Source: Octopus bimaculoides
Taxonomy: Eukaryota
DNA: 64,000 nucleotides
Direction of reading: 5' to 3'
Assembly: GCF_001194135.2 (NCBI RefSeq)
Contig: NC_068982.1
Span: 90,241,609-90,305,608, forward strand
The stretch's first letter is position 1; every line of letters starts with the position of its first letter. The position numbers and the translations under genes are program-made. Below the pieces are notes generated by a model, which was not told where the DNA came from, made no database searches, and worked only from the letters and a program-made list of their open reading frames with translations. Positions 1 through 12,916 of this stretch are shown piece by piece.

Positions 1-938
1 TGAAGTTTGTACATGTTAGTCGAAAATATCACTTTTCTATCTCGATGAAAGAGGTGATTTAGATCTTGCTTTTCAATGCCTGATATAATATATATTGCGG
101 GCATTTACACAAGTTTATGTCCAAATAATGGGTAAGATGAATATGAAAGTCGCTATTATAAAAGAGTCTCTCTCTCTCTCTCTCCCCCTCCCTCTCTCTC
201 CCCCTCCCTCTCNNNNNNNNNNNNNNNNNNNNNNNNNNNNNNNNNNNNNNNNNNNNNNNNNNNNNNNNNNNNNNNNNNNNNNNNNNNNNNNNNNNNNNNN
301 NNNNNNNNNNNNNNNNNNNNNNNNNNNNNNNNNNNNNNNNNNNNNNNNNNNNNNNNNNNNNNNNNNNNNNNNNNNNNNNNNNNNNNNNNNNNNNNNNNNN
401 NNNNNNNNNNNNNNNNNNNNNNNNNNNNNNNNNNNNNNNNNNNNNNNNNNNNNNNNNNNNNNNNNNNNNNNNNNNNNNNNNNNNNNNNNNNNNNNNNNNN
501 NNNNNNNNNNNNNNNNNNNNNNNNNNNNNNNNNNNNNNNNNNNNNNNNNNNNNNNNNNNNNNNNNNNNNNNNNNNNNNNNNNNNNNNNNNNNNNNNNNNN
601 NNNNNNNNNNNNNNNNNNNNNNNNNNNNNNNNNNNNNNNNNNNNNNNNNNNNNNNNNNNNNNNNNNNNNNNNNNNNNNNNNNNNNNNNNNNNNNNNNNNN
701 NNNNNNNNNNNNNNNNNNNNNNNNNNNNNNNNNNNNNNNNNNNNNNNNNNNNNNNNNNNNNNNNNNNNNNNNNNNNNNNNNNNNNNNNNNNNNNNNNNNN
801 NNNNNNNNNNNNNNNNNNNNNNNNNNNNNNNNNNNNNNNNNNNNNNNNNNNNNNNNNNNNNNNNNNNNNNNNNNNNNNNNNNNNNNNNNNNNNNNNNNNN
901 NNTATATATATATATATATTTACTTATTTATTGTATCT

Positions 939-1243
939 CTACAATTGTTTCCACGCAATGTAGTTCTCCAGGTGTGCAGGAAATTGATCATCAACCGTTT
1001 CCCTCCATTAGGAGATCTAATTGTATTTCCTCACGTGATATGTAAATATTGTCTTCGCAAGCGCAAATTCTCAGCTTCAAGAACATCCTCTCTGTCTGTC
1101 GTCGCCTGAATTTAGTAGTAGTCACTGCGTTTATCATGGTGTGTTGTTGCTGAAGGACCGTTAGCAGTCGTTCAGTCAAAATGCAGAGAAACGGTTACAT
1201 GATCAAGTACCTGGAGAACTACGTTGCGTGGAAACTATTGTAG
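939..1243. repeat. Inverted repeat / foldback element (about 305 bp)
   Basis: 939-973 ctacaattgtttccacgcaatgtagttctccaggt is the reverse complement of 1209-1243 with 2 mismatches in 35 nt. Pairing resumes after an indel (about 982-1001 with 1188-1207). Confidence 0.8.
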
Positions 1244-1832
1244 TGATAGAAAAAAATGTACAAACGTATTCTTTCTTGTTGACTCCAAATTTTTAGAATT
1301 ATTCATTCACGTACGATAGATGCCCAAACGCAAACTTGGAAGAATGCATAATACTACTACTGGAAGAGGGCGAGCTTTATACTATACTCTACTGCATTCT
1401 TAACAGAATATACCATGTCTACATACATATGTATATTGATACACACACACACATATTATATTATAAACTATTGTTGAACATTAGCAACGTTAGAAACTGG
1501 TTTCTAGTTGGCTAGTTACTGATTCATAGTATTTTCAACAGGTTAAAGATACATTTTCGCTTTCATTGAATCATCTGTGAATCGTAGTACAGTAGAAATA
1601 TGTAAAGGACCATAGTTGATAAACTGAACGAGTTTTATTTCTTTCGCTGATAGATGCTATCGAAGGCTGCGCGTATGTGCTTGTATATGTGTGTATGTCT
1701 GTGTCTATGCATGTCTATATTATGTATGTATATATGTATGTATGTGTTTGTGTATGTATGTATCTATGTCTGCCTTCTATCCTATCTCTCAGTCTCTCTC
1801 TCTTTCTCTCTCTCTCTCTGTATATATATATG

Positions 1833-1892
<60 letters not shown>

Positions 1893-3199
1893 CAACAGGA
1901 CTCCTCATAGTTTCCATTGACTAAATTTCACTCATTAGACAATGGTCAATCCGAAGCTGAGATTGAAGACAATTGCTCGAAATGACAAGAAGTGGGATCG
2001 AAATCAATACAGTTCTGATGCGAAACAAAATCCGTAACAATTCAGTCATCATGGCCTCATATTCATTGTAAGAGTATCTGATATTAAAAATATAACAAAT
2101 TAAATTAAAAGTTGAACTTAAACACTGCATGAAAGAGTCGTCAGTTAGCAGAAACAGTTATTGAAGAAATGAGTTTCGACACTATATGTTACAGGTTCCC
2201 ACGCGAAAGAAAAAGGGGAAATGAGACTGTGAGACTACTACAAGGAACATGCATATTATATGGATGTAACTTTCGTTCTTGGAAGGTTAGTTAATTTGCG
2301 AAAATACACTTTCAAACCCAGAGCTATTTCTTATAGGGAAACATAAAATAATACATTACTAGAAAAACGTGGGTGAAAACAGCAGAAATAAAAGGATAAA
2401 ACATTTATACCTTTGGTAATGTAAATTACGAAAAGATCACCATATTGGAAAACAAACAAAATTATAACAAGACAATAAAGTCGAGACGCAATATGCTGGT
2501 AAAATACTGACCAAGGAAAGTAGAATCAAGGTTTCGGAAACGAAGATATGAATAAAATTGTGGGAAAGATTTAACAGAACATTTTAAAGATAGAAATTTT
2601 GAATATGAGTATGATCTAAATATGAAAATAGTTAACTAATTAACATCGATAAAAGATATCCATATGTACCACCACCAAATGAAAATATATGGTATCTCAA
2701 TATTTAATGCATTTAAAAAACAAAATAATAAAGAAAAGAGAATTATAACGGAAATGCAAAGTAAGAATAAATATATCGAAAAAACATTCTAAAATTTTGA
2801 AAACACCTAAATCAAGAGATTACAACTCAAGCGCAAATAATTAATTGTTGTGTAAAGCGAGAACGATTCTTTGAACAAACTAAACAGTTTTGACTCCAAC
2901 CCAAAGCGATAAGAACAGAACAGAAATCAATGCTTTGCCAACGGCTAGAGAAACAAAATATTCTGGGAAATGTGTGGATAGTGAAGGAATCTTGACAGAC
3001 AAGATTCTTTAAATATGAGAATGAACAAGTGGAAAGCATTAGAAAGCGATAAACAGCGAGTCCTTTGAAGTATTTAACAGAAACACAGACAGTTGACGAA
3101 AATATTGGAGCCACATTTGACACTTGAATAATTCTACGCATAGAAACTCCCCCCCCCCCCCCACCGCTAACACGCACGGCTAAAGAAACAATAAATACC

Positions 3200-3600
3200 T
3201 AGAAAATTACAGACACCCAAGTAAATTTTTGTACCTGCTGCATGAAAGTATCTATCACCCTGTAGTAGATAGAAAAACTTTATTTACAATATTGCAGAGG
3301 GTAAATACTGACTGGCGAATATAAACTTACGGAAAAACAGAAGAGATGTTGCAAAATATGGTGCAAATATCTATCACTGATCAACAACGCCATATGGAAA
3401 GTACAGAAGTTAGGAACAGTGTATCAAGTGAACTGGTTATCAGAAACTTTTGAAAAAGGTGTCTTTACCAGTGGGTTCTAGAAATATTAGCCATGAATGC
3501 GTACCAACAGTAACTCGTAGGCATATAAAACAATTCAGCAGATAAGGTAAAACTATGAATCCATTATAAGTAATAGGAGAATTTAAGAAAAATAGTTATC
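3200..3600 (+). mobile_element. Decayed R4/Dong-type non-LTR retrotransposon, RT fragment
   Basis: 3332-3397 translates EKQKRCCKIWCKYLSLINNAIW (cf. EQKGCRKxSxGCKDQLLINKAI). 3469-3495 translates QWVLEILAM (cf. HSWILExLxM). Contains stops and frameshifts; boundaries approximate. Confidence 0.6.
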
Positions 3601-3680
3601 TTTGCATCATGCACAATATAATTACATCGTTGAAAGGCAATTCACGGTATTCTTTCAGAAATAAAATCGTTGTAATAACA

Positions 3681-3808
3681 TCCACTCACAAGGTGTTGGT
3701 CGGCCGGAGACTATAATAGAAGACACTTGCCCAAGGATCTCGCTGTGGGCCTGAACTCAAAACCATATGGCTGGGAAGTCAGTTTCTTCTTACCACACGG
3801 TCACGCCT
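3681..3808 (-). mobile_element. tRNA-derived SINE fragment (family B)
   Basis: tccactcacaagg...agaagacacttgcccaagg...cttaccacac matches the copies at 49080-49357 and 50701-51108. Confidence 0.75.
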
Positions 3809-4264
3809 CGTTTTTGCTCAGTTTCACACAAAACTTTATTGCATAGCGAGCTTTCGAATTGTAGTCACATATTGACTGCATTCAACAAATTAGTCAACTG
3901 TGACAAGCAGTGTTTGTTAAAATGTGTTTAAAGGGCTGCTGCAGGTGTCTCCTTCCATCTGGTATAAAACATTTGCAGCTCAGCTTATTAGATGTATAAT
4001 AATGATATAATAAATGTTTAATTATCAAAGACAGATGTAACTCCCTTTTCTAACATAGGTTCAATTCTTCTGAAATATACCTCGTATTTATCACTTAAAA
4101 TGTGCATACTATTGCGTCCCTATGCCATAATGAATAGTGAATGAATAATACTATGTACGTTTTAGAAATACTTTATCATAAACAATGTCTTTGTTCTTGC
4201 ATAAAAAAATATAGTCCGTGAGTTTCTCCTATTTATGGCTTCTATGTGACCGCAATCATTTGTG

Positions 4265-4313
<49 letters not shown>

Positions 4314-5189
4314 NNNNNNNNNNNNNNNNNNNNNNNNNNNNNNNNNNNNNNNNNNNNNNNNNGTGTGTGCGTGTGTGTGTGTATGTGTGTGTGTGTCTGT
4401 GTGTGTATGTGTGTGTGTGTCTGTGTGTGTGTGCGTGTGTGTGTGTGTGAGAGTATGTGTTCGTGTATGTGCGTGTATGTGTGTATTTTGATGTGTTTGT
4501 ACTTGTGAAGTACCTCATGCTTGTACATGTTTCATTGCATTTGTTGCTTCTGTGTAGGCTGTCTTTAGAAAAATTGCGAAACCCAAAGCTATGACCAAAG
4601 TAACTTTGCACGAGTAGAAATTATCCAAAACACAATGAAGGGAAATACACGCAACAACTGCATAATACGTGGGAATACCCAAAAGAAAAGAGATGCTTCA
4701 GCTATTGATCACAATGTATCTTGGAGTATTACAAAATAGCTGTATTCTTTGCGATATGCTAAAGCACATAGGCAAGGACATCAAAGTAAACTATCTTGAT
4801 ATGTTTGCTCAAATATCACAAGCAAATGAAATTTTTCCCAAATGATGCATCACTTGTAATACACTAAAATATATATCGCACAGAAAGGAACGAACTCTTC
4901 ATATATAAAGATCTGAAATTAGACAGAATGGAGAATTGAAAATATAAACAACACGTATAATAATAGGTACTTTCAAATTGTATAACACGTTGTTGATAGA
5001 TTTAATAAATTTAAATATCTTATATATATACCCAAAGTACAACGAAAATGCACATCCTTAGCACTAGATAGATATTATATAGTATACTTTCAATAACATG
5101 GAAAAAGCCGCACATAAAATAAAGTACTAAATGTACCTAAGCATTCGGACATTCGATTATGCTCTGAAAGCTTGCTATAACAATATAAT

Positions 5190-5500
5190 AAAATAACGAT
5201 CTTAGTCACGATAGCGATTTACACTAGAAATTATGCCAGCATTTGGAAATACCGACAGAAAAGTTTGGCTTTAGCATATAGCAGAAACCGTTTCTGCGAA
5301 TGACGGATCCACGGTACTTTGGAATATGTCGATCAACGCCGACAAGAAGATTCAGCTAATCGACCAGATATTCTTTTCAAGGGCGTGTTGGAAAGTGCAT
5401 TCTAATCGAGCGATCAGTCCAAACAGATGATAATATATTTATCAAGATAATTGAGTTTTTGCGTACATAAACCTGTGGTGTACCTGAACATATCACCAGT
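5190..5500 (+). mobile_element. Decayed RLE-clade LINE, restriction-like endonuclease region
   Basis: Frameshifted translation H*KLCQHLEIPTEK...TVLWNMSINADKKI/ANRPDILFK/GKCILIERSVQTDDNI matches the RLE motif LWDxxIxTD..NRPDI..C.LID.SVP.D.NI. Confidence 0.7.
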
Positions 5501-6507
5501 GATGCTTTTTATCATTGATGGTTTCAAGTCTTTCAGTAAGTAAACACAGTCAATCAGGCGACAAAACCGGTGGTTGATCAAACCCCAGCTTATGTCTAAT
5601 TAGTGCTACCCACTGTTACAGCATAACTCTCCCACGTAGGCATATATCATTCTCTTCATCTCATTTACTTTCTCAGTTCGGCTTTTAGAACCCACATGGC
5701 CTTAATAGCAATAATATCACTGAGAATATATATAAAATTATAAGAACCTGTTTCCAGAAGAGGAGAAGAAATACTGCAAAAGTTCATATAGTTGAAGTGA
5801 TCAATTATTTATCAAGAAATCCTTAACTGACGAATTTTGAGAGAAGGGTGAGTTAAGTTTGAAGTCTTGCAATTTAGCTCCCTTCATTGAAGTATTTCAG
5901 TTGAGTTCTCCTGGGTATTAAATTCTAACTGCATTATTATGAAATTGCAAACTATACAATGTGTTCGGTCGGGACCAGCAAGGTTGTCATTGACAAATGC
6001 AAAACAAAGGAAAATGTACGACAAATCTGTTGTTTCATTTTCACCTTGGTAGTTTTCGTTGGAACTTAACTAAAACTATTATCAACAGTGAGCTAAGTCA
6101 CACCAACATCAAACCCATTATAACTACTAACAACAAGCAAACTCCCTATATGGCCAATGGCAAGGAAAATGAACTGAATAGAAATAAACAAAGACAAATT
6201 GATTTACTGCTAAAACCTAAGACTGAAGTATCTTTGATTGTGGCAGAAGATCAAGGTCTTACTCTTTCACATGTTTTAGTCATTGCACAATGGTTATAAA
6301 GGATCAGCATATTTTGGTTAGTCGAAAAAATTCACAGTGGTATTTATTTTGAGTGATACTTATTCTATTGATTCTTTTGCTGAGCCGCTAATATATATAT
6401 ATATATATATATATATAGGGAGGATTCACAAAAGAAACAAAAGATGATGGCAGGTGGTGTAAATAAAAAACAGATGCATTAGTTTAACGCTCAAGGAGTG
6501 AAAAATT

Positions 6508-6543
6508 CTTTAACGTTTCGAGCCTATGCTCTTCCACAGAAAG
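6508..6543 (-). ncRNA. Minimal type I hammerhead-like motif (core variant CUGUGGA) in a short repeat
   Basis: Minus strand: cttt CTGTGGA A GAGC atag GCTC GAAA CGTT aaag. Perfect 4-bp stem I and stem II, with a palindromic AACGTT in stem III. Confidence 0.55.
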
Positions 6544-6760
6544 GAACACAGAAAGAAACAAGGAGAGAAAATAAAGAATGTGTAGTGGGTAGCGATCTAT
6601 CATGGCGAGGGCGAGAGGAAGAGAGAGAGAGAGAGAGAGAGAGAGTACTCTCAGAAAACATAATAAAACAACCCATGACATAACAGCTTGTATCTAGTGC
6701 AAAAAACATAGCTCCATAATCGAAATTATGCAGCATCATACAGAAGACCACACATATAAA

Positions 6761-7064
6761 GTGCACGGCTCAGTGGTTAGAGAGTTGGACTCACAATTAT
6801 GAGGTTGTAAGTACGATTCCCGGACCTGGCTTTGCGTTGCGTTCTTGAACGAGACACAATTTTACGTTGCTCCAGCTCACTTAGCTGTAGAAATGAGCTG
6901 CGACGTCACTTGTGCCAAGCTATATCAGCCTTTGTGCTTCCCTTGGACAACATCGATGACGTGGAGATGGGAGACTGGCATGTGTGGGCAACTACTGTGC
7001 CTCGGAGGGGAACTTTCTAGGCGCAATTCCATGGTCATTCATGACCGAAGGAGGTCTTTTTTTT
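6761..7064 (+). mobile_element. tRNA-derived SINE (family C)
   Basis: A-box ggctcagtggttagag and B-box-like gtacgattccc. The body is homologous to 44071-44389. Confidence 0.85.
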
Positions 7065-7254
7065 AGAGAACACAAAGAAACAAATTACAGCAAATAGAAA
7101 AGACATAACAAACATCCAACTAGAATACAAAATTATAGTAAAGACCATAAAGGTTCCATGAATACATTCAACCAAATACACAGTCACAAAAACAAAAATA
7201 ATAAAATACAATAAACTACACTCTTAACTTCATGATTAATAACGATAAGAATCA

Positions 7255-7468
7255 TCTTTTCTAGTATAGGCACAAGGCCTGAAATTTGTAGGGAGAGGAG
7301 CACTCGATTACATCGACCCTAATGTTGAACTGGTACTGATTTTATCGACCTAAAGGGATGAAAGGACAAGTCGACTTCGACGGAATTTGAAATCGGAACA
7401 TATAGAGGGACGAAATACTGCTAGGTATTTCCTCCAGCGAATTAACGAGTCTGCCAGCTCCCCGCCTT
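7255..7468 (-). mobile_element. SINE (family A)
   Basis: Reverse complement of the ggcggcgagctggcag...gtcgactt...tttcatcc...gtaccag...gtcgatgtaatcga family seen at 54581-54798. Confidence 0.85.
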
Positions 7469-7785
7469 AACAAGAAACAGGATGATGACACATATCAGTG
7501 CAGGTCAATAACAGCCAACTTTGAAGAGAATCTCACAGAATCAATAAACAAACTGAAAAGGAACATATGCAAAATCGATCAAAATGAATCAACGGAAACA
7601 CCTGTTAAAACTATACACGAACAATCAATTATATAAAAAAAGATATTAATGCAACAAGAACCTCCATAAAATTCTGCCCACCAAAGGAAAAAGTTACTTA
7701 TGTGACTGCTTCTTTCAGTAAAATGATTGTTTCAATTTTGTTTTATTACGGGGGTGTCATTATGCCAATAATAAACTCACGCTGG

Positions 7786-7788
7786 TTC

Positions 7789-7825
<37 letters not shown>

Positions 7826-7863
7826 GTTGTTGTTGTTGTTGTTGCTGTTGTTGTTGTTGTTGT
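7786..7863. repeat. Compound microsatellite (TAT)n(TGT)n
   Basis: Directly visible. Confidence 0.95.
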
Positions 7864-8114
7864 TATGGCCACCATACTCTGAAGTGCGGGAATTTGGAAC
7901 TCCGTAAGTTGAAATAGTATTTGTAATCTTTTCGGCATTCTAAAGCCCGGTGTTTTCCTTTTATTGTTACCATTGCATTTCGGAAATTGTCTGAACTACG
8001 CAGATAGTATTTTTGTGTAGAAACGCCCTCTGTTTTGCAGTGGGTGCGCATTAATATTTTTTTAATCTTAACAATTTTCGGAAAAAATAATATTTTGCTG
8101 TTTTCATTATTTAG

Positions 8115-8327
8115 TTAAAGATGGCTGATAAAGAAGCCATTATAATGTTCGGCACAGGAACGCGTTCTTCGTCCGAGAAAAATGGGAGCAAAAATGTAGA
8201 GTGACTTAAACTTAATGATGTCACCGAGGCAAAAACTGCTTCGTCTCGAAGAAACGTCAAAACTTTCGTTGACGACAACGACAACAACAGCAAATGCAAC
8301 AACAGCAGCAGCAACAATTCTGAAAAG
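8115..8327 (+). other. Candidate first coding exon with in-frame TGA (8202-8204)
   Basis: Acceptor ttttgctgttttcattatttag|, donor AAG|gtaagg and ATG at 8121 in aaagATGG context. Reads MADKEAIIMFGTGTRSSSEKNGSKNVE*LKLNDVTEAKTASSRRNVKTFVDDNDNNSKCNNSSSNNSEK. An upstream donor TCC|gtaagt lies at 7903/7904. Confidence 0.3.
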
Positions 8328-8481
8328 GTAAGGCTTAAAAACACAAATATTACCATTGCTACCGCCGCCAAAACCACATTTTTTTAACATTCCATCATAT
8401 GTAAGTCCCCGCACTTTATGCTTGTCTTGGTATTGTTCCTCTCATCCTTCGCCCTGGTGGCAAATAAAAGAAATCATCATC

Positions 8482-8520
<39 letters not shown>

Positions 8521-9049
8521 TTTGTTGTTGTTGTTGTTGTTGAACCAGTTAACTAGATAACTAGTCGTTTGCTGATGAATTATTCGGGTAATCAATCAAC
8601 CAGCTACATTCGTCGAAGTCCTTTCGTCACGAATGGCGACGAATTGGTGTGCTCTTTGTACTCCAGGTCTGTCTCCAGAGTGTTTATTTTTTATGAGTAC
8701 AATGGTAAAAGAAGTGAAATAGAAGCAGTTCGTATTCTTTTATTCTTTTTTATTCTTTTATGTTTATTATTGTTATAATGCTCCGCCCATGATACAATAA
8801 TTTTGAACAAACATTGAAATATGAATAAAAAATCAGACAACATTTCACATGAGGACACAGCTACATTAACGTGAAGTCAAACCAAACCTGGAACGACATT
8901 ATTCATCAATAAAATGCATTGTATCAGAAGAAGCGAAAGAAATATACATACGCACTGCAGGCAAGGCTCACCATAATCATCAAGAAACTCGCCAAGAGAA
9001 CTGCAAGCAACTTGAAAGCTATTGTTATTCATACGATCCAAAATTTTAT

Positions 9050-10740
9050 GACCTGATCATTTTACCAATATCTATATTTGTATCAGCAACATTCAAAGAA
9101 CTGTAAGCAGGCAGGAATAATCATCCCAAGGCTGCCGGAAAGGAAAACAGCATGAAAGCCTTGATCCAATACTAGGCATCCAGAAACGATAAAAAGATAA
9201 TCGCTTGTTTTCCCACAGCATTCAAAGCATCAACGTCCATACTCTATGGGATGAATGATTCCTCAGCTCAATAGCAATACCGTATTGCTAGAGGAAGAGA
9301 AAGGATCCCAAAAAGTCATGTATGTTTTAAGAAGCAAACAGGTGAACCAGGTTTATATAGAAGAATGCAAAAGCAAAAAAACACCCCAGCTTACATGATC
9401 AGGATTGGTTACCTAAAAATATTTGATAGTATATCACACGATATATCACACGTCGTATAAAGAAAGCTGTTTCCATACTAGTAAGATGTATTGACCACAC
9501 CACGACAAAATTGAACACACACATACATACATACTTATATATATATACACACACATACACACACATATATATGTGTGTGCGTGTGTGTGCGTGTGTGCGC
9601 GCGTGCTTATGTATATGTACATATGCAAATATATGTATGTATGTGTGTATGTGTGTGTGTGTGTATTTATGTGTGTAAACGTGTATATGTGTATACTTCT
9701 GTCGAAATAGAAAACAACTGTATCGCATCAAGGCAGAGAGAAGATAATGAAACGAAGACCAATCCTAGTATTTTAAGAAGAGAAATCTAAGAAGGAGACA
9801 TATAATCCTTTCTAATCTTCTACCTAGCTTTGTCTCTGTTAACAAATTCTTTGAATAAAACCACCAATTGTTATAGAAGCTACAAATAAACTATCTTATC
9901 TGTTAGGATGACTTAGAAACATCTATACAGGCTGACATCTATACAGGCCGACACTCAGAAAACTTATTCCAAATCCTTCATAAATTCGGCCAAGACAAAT
10001 ATTATGTATGTAATGTCACAATTATAGCAAAGATTCGACAAGTAAATGCCAATTAAAAATTGGAATACTACAGAAAAACCTGACTTATATTTTAAAAGAA
10101 TACCGTGCTACAAATAAGATGAAACATTTAAATATACAAACAATTCTAGTTAGAATACAGCTTCAGCATAAGCTAGATATTAAATTAACTGAAAAACATA
10201 CAAAAGATACCAGAAAACTATAAATGACGTTTCTAAGATAAAAAGAAATAAAAACGAAATTCCAGTGAAATTCCAACGAAACGGTAGAAAAATCTACTCC
10301 ATGGCCAATACAGCGAAAGAGTAGAGAGAAAGGAAGTTAGGACAGCGTGGGAGATAACAATGGCTTCGTAGCTCTGCGTTAAACACAGAAACGGAAGATC
10401 TGATTTTAACTCAATAAAACCAATGTCTAACCTCAAATAATATAGAATAATGTATATAACCAAGTGCAGGTTAAATAGTCAATACATCATTTCCGACTAT
10501 CTAGTCCTTACAAAGTCTTGATATGGCAATTCCAGTGGTGTTAGTTGCTATATCTATTATACATCATGTTTATACGGTTACAAAGTTGTACGATGATGTA
10601 CCAAATACGAAACTTGATAATGAGCGGGCCACGAGCGTCTGGAACCTACGGCACTAGATCAACAAGAAGAAAAAGACAAGCAATTCAGATATACTTATCA
10701 AGAACTACAACGAACCTGCATGTAATCTGATACACAAGCG
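9050..10740 (+). mobile_element. Decayed R4/Dong-type LINE (RT to RLE), interrupted by a microsatellite at about 9515-9690
   Basis: 9395-9439 MIRIGYLKIFDSISH (cf. MAWIDYKKAFDSVPH); 9770 ff. ILRREI*EGDI*SFLIFYLALSLLTNSLNKT (cf. IRRGIFQGDSLSPLLFCLAL); DD motif at about 9907; 10640 ff. WNLRH*INKKKKTSNSDILIK (RLE). Confidence 0.75.
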
Positions 10741-11203
10741 GGTTCTTTCATCCCGAAATATTGCAGGAAGCTTCCGTTGCTGCCACTTCTGCAGCAGCAA
10801 CTAATGTACGTCGTATTTATTAGAAATCCATTCATTGCGATTTCAGAGCAGTATCTGCAATAATAAATCTATTGTATATTTTCCCATCCTACTTATTATT
10901 CAGCTCTCATTCGTACATCTCTATTCGAAAGAACTGAAATCGTGGCATAGTATGCAGAATCTCTAAATAACGGTGTTGTGTTAATGTCGGATTTACCACG
11001 TAAAGAAATCCATAAATTGCAAATTGCAATGAAATGCTAATTCCGATTGCCAAGATTATCCGAGAACTATGCCACGTAACGATAATTCCTTAATTTGAAA
11101 TGAAGACTTCTTAGAACCCTAATATACGTGTGTACATGTATGCATGCCTGTATGTATATATACACATATGTCTCTGCATATATGTGTGTGTATGCATATG
11201 TAT

Positions 11204-11247
<44 letters not shown>

Positions 11248-11292
11248 ACAGACACACAAACACACGCACACACACACACACACAAACACACA

Positions 11293-11360
<68 letters not shown>

Positions 11361-11630
11361 GTTTTAGAGAAAAGAACCAAAGTTCATGAACTCGTTCATG
11401 AAAATCCACAGAATATGGGAGTTTAGTTCGTAGGTGATCTAAACGGTTAGGTACGATAGGTAAGTGCTGTAACGTATTACTGGTGGTCTAATGTTATAGC
11501 CGAGACGGCAGATATGGAGCCATTGCAGATTTCCGATATAGCGGATATATAAGTGTTAAAGAGGACAACAAATGTTAAGGTAAGGCAAACATCTGAAGTC
11601 ATATACGTTATTATTATTGGAAAAAAAATC

Positions 11631-11683
11631 AGTCTTACACCTGTTTCTGAGATATCCCACAGTATGGAATATTCCGTCATCGG
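11631..11683 (-). ncRNA. Degenerate hammerhead-like motif with long stem II
   Basis: Minus strand: CCGATGA c GGAATATTCCA tactg TGGGATATCTC a GAAAC aggt GTA agact. Stem II is 11 bp with one mismatch. The core has U4>C and stem I is weak. Confidence 0.45.
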
Positions 11684-11853
11684 AAAGAAATAGGGAAAAT
11701 GAGAAGGGTCTAGATTAAGGAAATGACAACACAGGACAGGAGTAATGGAAGAAGGCGATGTTGAACTGTGAACTTTTATGTTTCGTTTTTCTTCTTTTTC
11801 TTCATCTCCCTGTTCCTTTTTCTCCTGTCCTCTATGCCGTCATTTGGGATACT

Positions 11854-11883
11854 CTGGGATATCCCAGAAACAGCTGTAAGACT
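11854..11883 (+). ncRNA. 3' half of a hammerhead-like motif (CUGANGA missing)
   Basis: ctgggatatcccagAAACAGCTGTAagact contains GAAAC, the palindrome ACAGCTGT and a GUA triplet. It is homologous to 11631-11683. Confidence 0.4.
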
Positions 11884-12864
11884 TTGAATTTTTTCCAGTA
11901 ATAATAATGTATAAGACTTGAGATGTTTGCCTTAGCGTTTGTTGTCTTCCTTAACAAATATATATATATATATATATATATACCAATTAAAATGAGAGAT
12001 CAGTGTGCCGGCCATCAAAATAAAACCAATTATTACTTAGTGTAGCGAATAGTCTAGAATAAGATTTCCAGTCAAAATCACTCTAGAATAACATGTCTAA
12101 GTTCAGTTATCATAATGCTTTTGAGAAATAAATGCGTGTCACTGTTTCTCATTTCCCTCTACCACTCGTTTCACTGTAACACCATATATCAACAGTCTTG
12201 AGCCTATGAAAGAAATCAATGATTTTAGTTTCCGAACGTAGACCACATACAATGTTAGAAATTACTCAAGAAAGATTTATCCTCCTAGCAAGGAAATTCT
12301 AATTCTTACGACGCATATTAACGCTATATTTCGTGATGAAAAGATTAATAATGCAGGTTGTTTAAAGGTAGTTTCAATCAGATGAAATAGAAGAAGAAGA
12401 GAAAAAATAAAGATTTCTGCATCTCATCCCAAATCTACGAATCCTACGAGTACACTGCTGCATAGTTACGGTGAGATCGTAATTATACACACCATGTGAC
12501 TGAACCAATCGATTTATCGATCTGAATCTAGTCAGCGTGGAATTTTGTTAAAACACGTAGATTTGGTTTATTAACACGATAGATTTGATCTCAGCAAAAT
12601 CGGTCAAACGTGAAGAAATGCCGGATTGGTTATTGCGTTATTTAGTTTCACTGGAGACAATATATGCACTACAAAGATCTTAGATTGACAATTAACTAAT
12701 TAGTAATAGCTTTCTTGATTATTCATCAACATAATAATGCTTGACACATTTTTATGCTTGCGTACAAACTTGTTAATTAAACTAATATGCACACTCGCAT
12801 ACAGTTTACATATTTAAAGGGGCAAACACGAACACATCATATTACACGGCACATCGCCCCCGTT

Positions 12865-12916
<52 letters not shown>

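Larger units (their letters stand above)
11547..11962. mobile_element. Long inverted repeat of two hammerhead-bearing units (Penelope-like pLTR-type foldback)
   Basis: About 11547-11665 pairs with about 11849-11962 (taaggcaaacatct.aagtc.tatac.ttattatta.tggaaaaaa...agtcttaca.ctgtttctg.gatatccca.agtat). About 11721-11750 pairs with about 11810-11845. Confidence 0.75.
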
